NCBI GenBank assembly: GCA_964534185.1
Contig: CAZHOH010000005.1
Span: forward strand, 7,777-71,776
DNA: 64,000 nucleotides
Reading direction: 5' to 3'
Origin: Candidatus Woesearchaeota archaeon
Lineage (GTDB): Archaea > Nanobdellota > Nanobdellia > Pacearchaeales > GW2011-AR1
The position numbers were made by a program, and so were the translations under genes. Numbering within the stretch: position 1 is the stretch's first letter; each line of letters starts with the position of its first letter. The notes under the pieces are model-generated. The model was not told the DNA's origin and did not search any database. It saw nothing but the letters and a program-made list of their open reading frames with translations. This document shows positions 9,482 through 21,275 of the stretch, one piece after another.

Positions 9482-10639
9482 ATGAAAATAGAACTTCTAA
9501 AAGCTCGCGAAATAAAAGACACGCGAGGCGACAAGACAATTGAAGTTATTCTTAAAACACCAAAAGACTATTTCAAAGCAAGCGCCCCAAATGGAAAATC
9601 AAAAGGTATCTATGAAACACCTTCTTACAAAAAAACACTTCATCAGGATATTAAAACAATTAACAATGAATTTCTAGAAGAAATAAATCTCCAAAAATTC
9701 GACGACTTAAGATTATTAGAAGACATTTTCAAAAACAAGCTCGGAGCAAATTCAATGATTGCAGTTGAATACGTTTTTCTAAAAGCTATGGCAAAAGAAC
9801 AAAATAAAGAAGTCTGGCAGTTAATAAATTTAAAAGCAAAAAAACTTCCAATGCCAGTCGGAAACGCCATCGGCGGCGGCGCACACTCAAAAACAAGCTC
9901 TCCAGATTTTCAGGAATTTTTATTCATCCCAATATCTTCTTTCAAAAAAGCAGTAGAAATCAACAAGCGTGCAAGGCAAAACTGCAGAGAAATTTTAAAA
10001 AACACCGACACCAAATTCAAAAACCAAACCAGCGACGAAAACGCATGGCAGACTTATTTAACAAATAACCAAATAATAGACTTAGTCCAGACAGTTAGAG
10101 ACAACATGAAAGACGAATTTAAGACAACAATCCACCTAGGAATAGACATAGCAGCATCAGAATTTTTCAAAGACAATTACTTTTACAAATCACCAAAGTC
10201 AAAATTGTCTCCAAAACAACAATTAGAACTAACAAAAAAACTTTCAAAAATATTCTTTTATCTTGAAGACCCCTTTGAGCAAAACTCTTTCAACGACTTC
10301 AAAAAACTAAAAACAACAGCAAAAGGACTTATAGTAGGAGACGATTTAACAGTCACAAACTTAGAAAGAATAAGAACAGCAAAAATAAAAAAATCCATAA
10401 ACGCAGTAATAATAAAACCAAATCAAAACGGTTCTCTAATAAACCTAAAACAAATAATAAATTACTGCAGACAAAATAAAATAACAACAATTTTCTCACA
10501 TCGAAGCGGTGAAACTTCAGAAGACATTTTAGCAGATTTAGCTTTCGGATTTCAGGCAGACTTTATCAAAACAGGAATTCAGGGAAAAGGCAGAGATGAA
10601 AAACTCAACAGATTAATCCAAATAGAACAATCATTATAA
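9482..10639 (+). CDS. eno: Enolase (short form, 385 aa)
   Basis: Motifs SHRSGETSED, IIKPNQNGS, IVGDDLTVTN, LEDPFEQN, GIDIAASEFF and FIKTG. Confidence 0.85.
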   Translation: MKIELLKAREIKDTRGDKTIEVILKTPKDYFKASAPNGKSKGIYETPSYKKTLHQDIKTINNEFLEEINLQKFDDLRLLEDIFKNKLGANSMIAVEYVFLKAMAKEQNKEVWQLINLKAKKLPMPVGNAIGGGAHSKTSSPDFQEFLFIPISSFKKAVEINKRARQNCREILKNTDTKFKNQTSDENAWQTYLTNNQIIDLVQTVRDNMKDEFKTTIHLGIDIAASEFFKDNYFYKSPKSKLSPKQQLELTKKLSKIFFYLEDPFEQNSFNDFKKLKTTAKGLIVGDDLTVTNLERIRTAKIKKSINAVIIKPNQNGSLINLKQIINYCRQNKITTIFSHRSGETSEDILADLAFGFQADFIKTGIQGKGRDEKLNRLIQIEQSL

Positions 10640-10978
10640 TTTAAATCCTTCAAAACCTAAATCAAGCAATATTTTTTTAATTTCATTAATTGTTGTTTGT
10701 TGTTCTTTTTTATCTGACATTCTCACAAATTTGATTAACAAATCTGTTAAGTCTTCTTTATTCATAACCTTTAGTTTATAACCCTCTGTAATAAAATAAA
10801 ATCTAAATGATTTATATTTAAGTTCTTTAATTATTATTCCTCCAACCTGTCCGACAAATTTACCCTTTTTAGGATTATCCTCTAACGTTTCTAACAAATC
10901 AATTATTTTATGAGATTCTCCTTTAAACTTTTTTTGAATCTCTTGAAATAAAGAATTAACTATTTTGACTTTAGCCAT
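10634..10978 (-). CDS. RelE/ParE-superfamily-like toxin (putative)
   Basis: 114 aa. LLETLEDNPKKGKFVGQVGGIIIKELKYKSFRFYFITEGYKLKV fits the RelE/ParE pattern. It overlaps the upstream small gene by 19 nt. Confidence 0.45.
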   Translation of the reverse strand: MAKVKIVNSLFQEIQKKFKGESHKIIDLLETLEDNPKKGKFVGQVGGIIIKELKYKSFRFYFITEGYKLKVMNKEDLTDLLIKFVRMSDKKEQQTTINEIKKILLDLGFEGFKL

Positions 10979-11172
10979 TTTTTATTCAACTCTTTTCTTG
11001 CCTCTTCAATTGAAATAGTTCCTTCATCAGACATCAAAAAACTTTTTAATTGTTCTTTAACAGCCAAGCTATAAATTCTTTTAAGAATAGTATCATAACT
11101 TTCTCCTTTTATTCCAAAAGAAGATATCTTTTCCTTTGTATCTTTACTTAATTGAATTGTTGTTATTTCCAT
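10960..11172 (-). CDS. Putative antitoxin (small N-terminal DNA-binding type)
   Basis: 70 aa. MEITTIQLSKDTKEKISSFGIKGESYDTILKRIYSLA resembles archaeal VapB/UPF0330-type antitoxin N-termini. It lies upstream of, and overlaps, the toxin-like ORF. Confidence 0.45.
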   Translation of the reverse strand: MEITTIQLSKDTKEKISSFGIKGESYDTILKRIYSLAVKEQLKSFLMSDEGTISIEEARKELNKKWLKSK

Positions 11173-11306
11173 TTTCTATAGTATCCATAGTTTATATAGA
11201 ATAGAATATTTTACCCTATTTAAATTTTATTATCGATCTTTATTCCAATAACAACACATAACAAAATTTATAAACATAATCGTCATTAAAAATCTATAAA
11301 AAGAGA

Positions 11307-12857
11307 ATGAAAACTTCAAAATTGTTCACAATCACATTTGTATTCTTATTCCTAATTGCTTTAGCATCAGCACAAGTTTCACAGGATGTTTCACATAGTG
11401 CTTCTCAAATTCGAACAGAAGTTGGAGCTGCAAAAGATCCTTTTTCTTTACAACAATGGATTACTTGGGTTACTGGTGGATCTAGTCCTGGAGGCAATCA
11501 ATGGAAAAATCCCACAAACGACGTCTGGCATGAAGCTAAAGATATAAGAATTAAAATTGGCGAGAAATTTTACAATGCTCAAAGTTATGTGAGTCATAAA
11601 AGTACAGGAGAAGATTTGCCTTTAATAGAATGGGTTGCTTCAGGACATCTTGTATGGCACACAGGTGAAGAAATTAGCATAGGCGATTATGATGGCGACG
11701 AAGAAGATGATGATTTCCAAGACTTCGTAGACGACAACCCTCCAACAGACGAACCCCAACAAATTACAATTTCAGGAAAAGTGACCCAAGATTCAAGTAC
11801 TGGCCCTGCTTTTACAGATTTAGATGTTCAGGCATTTGATACATCTAATAATCCTTTATCCTCAACAACAACAAACAATGATGGCCGTTATTCTTTAACA
11901 CTAAACTCTCCCTTTACAGGAGAAGTAAAACCTGTTAAAGCAGGTTACACATTTAATCCAACAGGAAGATCTTTCACAAATCACATAGCAAACACGTATG
12001 GGATTAACTTCATAGGAACCTTTGAATCTCAACAGCCAGAACCAACAAAAACAGATTATGCTTTCGGCGAGGGAAAAGTTGAAAATAAAGTATGTCCTTC
12101 AACAGCTTGGCCAAACACTGATAATTGGTGTGGATTATTTAATCTTGCATGGGTAACAGTTGAAGATCCAGATTTTGATGAATATGATTTTGTATCAACC
12201 CAATGGAATGGGGCAGCATATGTAGAAACTATTGAAGATCCTGGCAATAATGTAAGTGGAATGGACCCTAGCCCCGTAACTTATATTTCTACAGCAACAT
12301 ATCAAGGCTCTCAAGGATATTATGCAGAAAAAACGTTTACAGACACTGGTTTAATTGCAGGCGGAGAATATGTAGTTCAGTGTACTGGGGCAAGCCAGTC
12401 TCAATCAAAAACAATCACACTTACAAATCAACCAACAGAGGTTGCAACAATTACTCAACAACACATAGGAACAACCGGGAACGCAGGAACAGATACTTAT
12501 AGTTTAAGATTTGCAGTTGGAAATAATGGAGAACTTGAATCAAGAATTTATAGAGGATGTGGAGGAATAGGTGCAATATCTTGTTTTGGAAGTATACTAA
12601 ATCCGCTTCCAGATAACTTCAAAAACATTTGTGTTGTAAATACAGGAGCAGTCGGAGAGGGACATGGAGGTTACCCTGGAAGTTTAAGTCTTGATTTTTG
12701 TAACTATCCTAATGGAATTGATGCTACATTTAATACCTGTAATAGTGAAACAGGACTTTCACCAATTTACAGAGAACATAAAGCAAAATTATCTGGTTGC
12801 TCATACGACAAAATAGTATCATGGCCAGAAATAACCTGTACAATCAACAACGCATAA
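11307..12857 (+). CDS. Secreted protein with a carboxypeptidase-regulatory-like beta-sandwich domain
   Basis: Signal peptide MKTSKLFTITFVFLFLIALASAQ. ISGKVTQDSSTGPAFTDLDVQAFDTSNNPLSSTTTNNDGRYSLTL is a CarboxypepD_reg-like pattern. There is an acidic linker and a Cys-rich C-terminus. Confidence 0.4.
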   Translation: MKTSKLFTITFVFLFLIALASAQVSQDVSHSASQIRTEVGAAKDPFSLQQWITWVTGGSSPGGNQWKNPTNDVWHEAKDIRIKIGEKFYNAQSYVSHKSTGEDLPLIEWVASGHLVWHTGEEISIGDYDGDEEDDDFQDFVDDNPPTDEPQQITISGKVTQDSSTGPAFTDLDVQAFDTSNNPLSSTTTNNDGRYSLTLNSPFTGEVKPVKAGYTFNPTGRSFTNHIANTYGINFIGTFESQQPEPTKTDYAFGEGKVENKVCPSTAWPNTDNWCGLFNLAWVTVEDPDFDEYDFVSTQWNGAAYVETIEDPGNNVSGMDPSPVTYISTATYQGSQGYYAEKTFTDTGLIAGGEYVVQCTGASQSQSKTITLTNQPTEVATITQQHIGTTGNAGTDTYSLRFAVGNNGELESRIYRGCGGIGAISCFGSILNPLPDNFKNICVVNTGAVGEGHGGYPGSLSLDFCNYPNGIDATFNTCNSETGLSPIYREHKAKLSGCSYDKIVSWPEITCTINNA

Positions 12858-12910
12858 TAATCAGAAATCTTTAAAAACATACTTTTACCTTAATTCTTGT
12901 TACAATCAAA

Positions 12911-13786
12911 ATGGCAGAAGCTAAAAAGAAAACTGCAAAAAAGACAACCACAAAAAAAGCAGTCAAAAAAATAACAAAGAAATTAAAAGAAACAGTTGAA
13001 ACTCCTGAAGAAATAAAAGAAGAAACTCAGGAAGAGACAACAGAACTAAAAAAAAGAACATCAGATAGAAGTGTTTTATTAAGAGAACTAAAAAAGAAAG
13101 CAAAAGAACTTGAAGGAAAATTCGAAAGCTCAGATTCTGAAGAAATAAAAGAAGAACTAAAAAAGAAACAAGAACTATTAATCCCTCTAGATGATTATGT
13201 TAAAACAGGAATCCACTTAGGAACAAAAGTAATAACTCCTGACATGAAAAAATTCGTCTATCGAAGAAGAGCAGACAGCATCGGAGTTCTAAACACCAAT
13301 TTAATCGATGAACAGATAAAAAAAGCAGTCGACATTTTAGTAAACTATTCTCCAGAAGAAGTCATCCTCGCATGCAAAAGAGAAGCAGGATGGGAAGCAG
13401 CACAACTTTTTGAAGAAGTTACAGGAATAAAAGCATTCACCAAAAAATATCCTGGCGGAATGCTTACAAACACTGAATTAGAAATGTTCTACGAACCAGA
13501 ACTTGTAATCGTCGGCGACCAATGGATTGATAGAAACGCTTTAGGCGACGCACTAAAAACAAACAAAAAAGTAATAATGCTTGCAGACACAAATAACTTC
13601 ACAAAAGGCTCAAACTTAGTAATACCTTGCAACAACAAAGGCTCAAAATCAATTGGACTTGTTTTCTACCTTTTAGCAAAAGGATATCTAGAAAAAAGGA
13701 AAATAAAAAAAGAACTACCTCCGATAAATGCATTCACCGGAGAATCCGACGACATCCAAGAAGTTCCAGAAGTTGTAGCACAATAA
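12911..13786 (+). CDS. rps2: 30S ribosomal protein uS2 with an ~88-aa Lys/Glu-rich N-terminal extension
   Basis: The core starts at LLIPLDDYVKTGIHLGTKVITPDMKKFVYRRRADSIGVLN. It is preceded by MAEAKKKTAKKTTTKKAVKKITKKLKE...EELKKKQE. Confidence 0.85.
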   Translation: MAEAKKKTAKKTTTKKAVKKITKKLKETVETPEEIKEETQEETTELKKRTSDRSVLLRELKKKAKELEGKFESSDSEEIKEELKKKQELLIPLDDYVKTGIHLGTKVITPDMKKFVYRRRADSIGVLNTNLIDEQIKKAVDILVNYSPEEVILACKREAGWEAAQLFEEVTGIKAFTKKYPGGMLTNTELEMFYEPELVIVGDQWIDRNALGDALKTNKKVIMLADTNNFTKGSNLVIPCNNKGSKSIGLVFYLLAKGYLEKRKIKKELPPINAFTGESDDIQEVPEVVAQ

Positions 13787-13824
13787 TCAGAAATGTTTAT
13801 AAAGAATTAATCCTTAATTTAACT

Positions 13825-14001
13825 ATGAAAATACAATACGCATTTTACATTTTAGGCGTTATATTCATATTCTTTTCTGTATGGTATTTTGCAAGAGAGT
13901 TCATTGCAGAATTACCAAATTTTGTTAAACTAACAATATTATCTGCATCAGTTATTGTAACTTTCATTATAGCAGAATTATTAAGAGGAGGTGACAAATA
14001 A
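13825..14001 (+). CDS. Small two-TM membrane protein
   Basis: The track ORF 13627-14001 overlaps rps2. ATG 13825 gives MKIQYAFYILGVIFIFFSVWYFAREFIAELPNFVKLTILSASVIVTFIIAELLRGGDK. Confidence 0.45.
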   Translation: MKIQYAFYILGVIFIFFSVWYFAREFIAELPNFVKLTILSASVIVTFIIAELLRGGDK

Positions 14002-14267
14002 TGGCTTGGTATCCTATTGTTGGTTGGCTTATATTTTTCATAACTTTCGTAGCCGGAATTGTCTTGTTCATAATATATAGAAAACTATACAACATATTTT
14101 ATTTAATTGCAATCTCACTATACATTTTCACAATTTCTTTTATGATAGATGTATTTGAATTTCAGGAATTAGGAATTTTAATAACTCTGGTTACTTCAGC
14201 AGTTTTGTTTATGGGACTTGGATATTATTTATCAATGATTTTTCATAAGCAAAATCTAAAAAAATGA
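14001..14267 (+). CDS. Small multi-TM membrane protein
   Basis: 88 aa and hydrophobic throughout. Its start overlaps the upstream stop (TAATG). Confidence 0.45.
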   Translation: MAWYPIVGWLIFFITFVAGIVLFIIYRKLYNIFYLIAISLYIFTISFMIDVFEFQELGILITLVTSAVLFMGLGYYLSMIFHKQNLKK

Positions 14268-14839
14268 AGAATCAAACTTTAATCTATAGTATTGTTTTAG
14301 CATTCGTTTTCTTAATTTCTTTCTCAGTCCTGTTAGTTTATTACACTCAGGATTATAATCTTCAAATAAACTTCAAAGATACTTTAAATTCTCAAGAAAT
14401 AAATATACAAGAAAACACAAGAGGATTAACTTTTAATGCAATACTTGGACAATTAACTTTAGAAAATAATGGAGTGTTTACAACAAAATATGGCTCTGAA
14501 AGTTTCATAGGCTGCATTAATTTAAAGGACAATTATTCTGGAACAAGCAAAGACTCAATTGAAAATTACAATAATGTCGAAATCTATTTTACAGATAGTA
14601 GTCACAAAAGATATTACACAGAACCAGAAGTTAAACCAGGAGAAACATTCACAGCAAACATTGAAGGAAGATTTGAATACTATTATACTGGCAGCCCTCT
14701 TATATTGGCTGATGTTGAAAGCATTTCAATTTACAAAATAAAAGAACAGGCAGTAAATCCCTTTGAAGAGAGATATACCTCAAAGAGATGCCACAATTTA
14801 AGAGAAGGAGAATCCTACAAAATCATTTACTTAGTCTAA
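14264..14839 (+). CDS. Membrane-anchored hypothetical protein
   Basis: N-terminal TM LIYSIVLAFVFLISFSVLLVYY. ATGA start/stop overlap with the upstream gene. Confidence 0.45.
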   Translation: MKNQTLIYSIVLAFVFLISFSVLLVYYTQDYNLQINFKDTLNSQEINIQENTRGLTFNAILGQLTLENNGVFTTKYGSESFIGCINLKDNYSGTSKDSIENYNNVEIYFTDSSHKRYYTEPEVKPGETFTANIEGRFEYYYTGSPLILADVESISIYKIKEQAVNPFEERYTSKRCHNLREGESYKIIYLV

Positions 14840-15210
14840 CCTACCTTAAAAAACAACCACCCCTTTTTCTTAGCCCCATAACCTGTATAAACCAAAACAT
14901 ATCTCCCTTTCAATTTCCTACCTTTCAAATCAAACTCAATTTTCTTTTCATCTCGAGAAATTAATTCATAACTACCTTTATCCCAAATCTTAACACTCCC
15001 TTTTCCATAACCCTCTTTAATCTCACCTTCAAAATTTCCATATTCTAAAGAATGGTCTACAACTTCAATTGCAAGTCGTTTAATCCCTTCTTCAAGCGGC
15101 GGTTCTTTAGTAACTGCCCACGACTTCAAAACTCCCTCCATCTCCAGTCGAAAATCCCAATGCAGCGTCGTCGCATTATGCTCCTGAACAACAAATTTTT
15201 TACCAGCCAT
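14836..15210 (-). CDS. Stand-alone LigD-type 3'-phosphoesterase (PE) domain protein
   Basis: FVVQEHNATTLHWDFRLEMEGVLKSWAVTKEP matches the LigD PE signature (QxHxAxxxHYDFRLE..G.L.SWAVPKGP). Confidence 0.8.
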   Translation of the reverse strand: MAGKKFVVQEHNATTLHWDFRLEMEGVLKSWAVTKEPPLEEGIKRLAIEVVDHSLEYGNFEGEIKEGYGKGSVKIWDKGSYELISRDEKKIEFDLKGRKLKGRYVLVYTGYGAKKKGWLFFKVG

Positions 15211-15279
15211 AATAAAAACATAATTTCAAATTATTTAATCTCTCCGATAATTTTATAAATCACCCAAATATAAAAAAGC

Positions 15280-15546
15280 ATGGAAGATTCAAGAACCTGG
15301 GGAAGGTTTGATAATTTAGTATTTGGAGTAATGCCTTTGTTAGCATCACCTGTAGTAACATACTTAGAAAGAGAAAAAATATCAGAATCTCTTGCATATA
15401 TTAACAATCACGGACTTATAGAAGGATTTAGAGACAATTTTCATCCAGAATTAATGTCATCAGTTAGTTTAGGAGCAGTAGGTATTTTTTCAATTTTATA
15501 CGGAATAAACGAAATAAAAAATTACAAGAATTCTCACAGCGAATAA
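15280..15546 (+). CDS. Hypothetical small protein
   Basis: 88-aa ORF in an AT-rich context; no recognisable motif. Confidence 0.3.
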   Translation: MEDSRTWGRFDNLVFGVMPLLASPVVTYLEREKISESLAYINNHGLIEGFRDNFHPELMSSVSLGAVGIFSILYGINEIKNYKNSHSE

Positions 15547-15554
15547 CAGCAACC

Positions 15555-15562
15555 TTTATAAA
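15555..15562 (+). promoter_or_regulatory. TATA-box-like element upstream of the 16S leader
   Basis: tttataaa lies about 70 nt upstream of the 16S processing-stem half at 15632. Confidence 0.35.
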
Positions 15563-15631
15563 TTATCAAAATTAAACTTATCCATACTATTATTAGTATA
15601 TTAAATGAGTTCCTTATAAAATGTAAGGGAT

Positions 15632-17206
15632 GAGGTATGAGATAGTGTACGTAACCGTCGGAGGATTAGGTCGTTAAACATTTCCTTGATGTTTAACTCA
15701 TGTTCTTCATGATTGCACTCAATGTCAGTTTGATAAGGAGTTAATTCCAGTTTATCCTGCTGGCGGCTGCGGCTATCTGGCTTGTACTAAGACATGCAAG
15801 TCTCTCGAGAGAGGGCAAACTGCTTAGTAACACGTGGCTAATCTGGCTTAAGGTCAGGGATAACCTCGGGAAACTGAGGATAATACCTGATAGGAGATAT
15901 ATACTGCAATGTGATATCTCTGAAACTTTTGGCCTTAAGGTGAGGCTGCGGCTGATTAGGTTGTTGGCGGGGTAATGGCCCACCAAGCCGATGATCAGTA
16001 AGGGCTCTTAGCGGAGAAGCCCTAAGAAGGAATCTGAGACACTATTCCTAGCCTTACGGGGTGCAGCAGTTAAGGATCTTCTACAATGCGCGCAAGCGTG
16101 ATAGAGCGAGCCAGAGTGTTTTTCCAATTGGAAAAACTTTTGCCAAATGTAAAAAGTTTGGCGAATAAGGACTGGGAAAGATTGGTGCCAGCCGCCGCGG
16201 TAATACCAACAGTTCAAGTCGCAGCCACATTTATTGGGTCTAAAACATCCGTAGCTTGCTTTGCAAGTCTCTTGTGAAATCCTATATCTCAAATATAGGG
16301 CGTGCGAGAGATACTGCATCGCTAGAGACTGGGAGACGTAAGAAGTACATATGGGGTAGCAGTAAAATGCGTTGATCCTATGTGGACTAACAACAGCGAA
16401 GGCATCTTACGAGAACAGTTCTGACAGTCAGGGATGAAGGCTAGGGTCGCGAAAGGGATTAGATACCCCTGTAGTCCTAGCAGTAAACACTGCACACTAA
16501 ACATCGGTATCTCCTCGGGAGGCATCGGTGCTGCAGGGAAGCCGTAGAGTGTGCTACCTGGGAAGTATAGTCGCAAGGCCGAAACTTAAAGGAATTGGCG
16601 GGGAGACACTACAACGGGTGACGCGTGCGGTTCAATTAGATTATACACCGTGAACCTCACCAGGAGCGACAGCAGAATGAAGGTCAGTCTGAAGGGCTTA
16701 CCTGACACGCTGAGAGGAGTTGCATGGCCGACGTCAGCCTGTGCCGTGAGGTGACCTGTTAAATCAGGTAACAGGCGAGACCCACATGTATACTTACTTC
16801 TAAGAAGAACAGTATACAAACTGCTGTGGTAACACAGAGGAAGGTGTGGGCTACGTTAGGTGAGTACTGCCCGAATCCCCTGGGCTACACGCGCGCGGCA
16901 ATGCTGCATTCAATGGGATGCGACTCTGAAAAGAAGAGCTAATCCTTAATATCCAGCTAAGTTCAGATTGAGGTTTGAAACCCAGCCTCATGACGCCGGA
17001 ATCCGTAGTAATCGTTCGTTAGCAGCGAACGGTGAATATGTCCCTGCCCCTTGCACACACTGCCCGTCAAACCAACCGAGTTTTGCATTGTTGAGGCTCT
17101 TATGAGACGAAACTTTGTAAGACAAGGTAGGTTAAGTCGTCACAAGGTATCTGTAGGGGAACCTGCAGATGGATCACCTCCTAAAAATCATATTATCTCA
17201 TACCTC
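15632..17206 (+). other. 16S processing helix: perfect 13-bp inverted repeat flanking the 16S
   Basis: gaggtatgagata (15632-15644) is the exact reverse complement of tatctcatacctc (17194-17206). Confidence 0.7.
15744..17182 (+). rRNA. rrs: 16S rRNA (about 1439 nt, short archaeal type)
   Basis: The 5' end attccagtttatcctgctggcgg resembles archaeal ATTCCGGTTGATCCTGCCGG. Also present: gtgccagccgccgcggtaata, gattagatacccctgtagtcc, ttgcacacactgcccgtca, and the 3' end ggatcacctcct. Confidence 0.92.
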
Positions 17207-17240
17207 TTTTTCTCATAATAAAAATAAAGTAAAATACAAA

Positions 17241-17468
17241 ATGTTAAACGAAGTAAACAATGCAATAATGTATGAAAAAACTGCAGAAGTTCATTTAGAA
17301 GGAGCTGTAGACACAAATTATTCCCCTGCAGCTAGACATGTATTCTTAGGATTAGCAGAATATGAATTACAAAAAGCAGAGTCACAAGGACACAATACTT
17401 CTTTTCTAAGAGACAAGTTCCACAAAGCAAAAAAAAATTTAGAACTATTAACACAAAACTCTTCTTAA
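17241..17468 (+). CDS. Small hypothetical protein encoded in the 16S/tRNA-Ala spacer
   Basis: 75-aa ORF MLNEVNNAIMYEKTAEVHLEGAVDTNYSPAARHVFLGLAEYELQKAESQGHNTSFLRDKFHKAKKNLELLTQNSS. Non-repetitive and helix-like. An open frame of this length is unlikely by chance at this AT content. Confidence 0.4.
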   Translation: MLNEVNNAIMYEKTAEVHLEGAVDTNYSPAARHVFLGLAEYELQKAESQGHNTSFLRDKFHKAKKNLELLTQNSS

Positions 17469-17473
17469 CAAAA

Positions 17474-17481
17474 TTTTAAAA
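17474..17481 (+). promoter_or_regulatory. TATA-like element 25 nt upstream of tRNA-Ala
   Basis: ttttaaaa at 17474-17481; the tRNA starts at 17506. Confidence 0.35.
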
Positions 17482-17505
17482 ACCATAAAACTATCCTTTA
17501 TTCAA

Positions 17506-17576
17506 GGGCCTGTAGTATAATGGTAGTGCTCTTCGTTTGCAGCGAAGGAGTCCGTGTTCGATTCACGGCAGGTCCA
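17506..17576 (+). tRNA. tRNA-Ala (UGC)
   Basis: Manual cloverleaf: acceptor GGGCCTG/CAGGTCC with G3:U70, anticodon arm CTTCG-TTTGCAG-CGAAG, T arm CCGTG-TTCGATT-CACGG. CCA is not encoded. Confidence 0.9.
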
Positions 17577-17604
17577 TACCCTTAAACAAAAAACCGACGA
17601 CAAA

Positions 17605-17826
17605 ATGAATCATCTAAAAAATATTTCAAAAATAATAAACTATATTGTTCCTTCAAAAGAAAATTTCGATTTTTCAAGAGATACATTAATAACATTAAAA
17701 GGTATAGAATATATTGCAGGTTCAATTACTACTCCTGCCATACTTATTAAAATCCCTTTTACTTATGCTGCTCATAAATTATTACATTCTGCAACAGGGC
17801 ACTCAGCAAACTACCACCAAAACTAA
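17605..17826 (+). CDS. Small hypothetical protein encoded in the tRNA-Ala/23S spacer
   Basis: 73-aa ORF MNHLKNISKIINYIVPSKENFDFSRDTLITLKGIEYIAGSITTPAILIKIPFTYAAHKLLHSATGHSANYHQN. The longer track ORF begins inside the tRNA. Confidence 0.35.
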   Translation: MNHLKNISKIINYIVPSKENFDFSRDTLITLKGIEYIAGSITTPAILIKIPFTYAAHKLLHSATGHSANYHQN

Positions 17827-17858
17827 AAATCCCCGTCGAATAAAGCACAATAAAAACA

Positions 17859-17866
17859 TTTTTAAA
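17859..17866 (+). promoter_or_regulatory. TATA-like element upstream of the 23S leader
   Basis: tttttaaa lies about 170 nt upstream of the 23S processing-stem half. Confidence 0.3.
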
Positions 17867-18043
17867 CCATAATCTTCTCAACTTTGTATTCACAAATGGT
17901 AATCAGAAATCATTCACATTTAATATCTCTAAATTTAGAGAGTTATTTGGATTTCTGACATTTGTTTCATGAACCTCTTTTCCGTCGGGAACTGGGGGGA
18001 GTTGAAACTGAATCATATTCAGTTAATGATACGAGGAGGTATC

Positions 18044-21231
<3,188 letters not shown>

Positions 21232-21275
21232 GATACCTCCTCGTATTTTCAATTTCTAATACAAATTTTTAAAAA

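Noticed and set aside
9482-10639. Enolase possibly inactive because it is short (385 aa) and has a divergent PSGASTG loop (APNGKSKG)
   Set aside because: The catalytic Lys, His and Lys residues, the three metal-binding acidic residues, and the loop Ser all align, so it looks functional.
13627-13824. N-terminal part of the 124-aa ORF overlapping the rps2 3' end
   Set aside because: This Arg/Ser-rich out-of-frame read-through of rps2 is implausible. I trimmed it to ATG 13825, which yields a clean two-TM peptide.
21247-21275. Expected 5S rRNA downstream of the 23S
   Set aside because: Only 29 nt separate the 23S processing stem from the next gene. I found no 5S-like sequence anywhere in the window.
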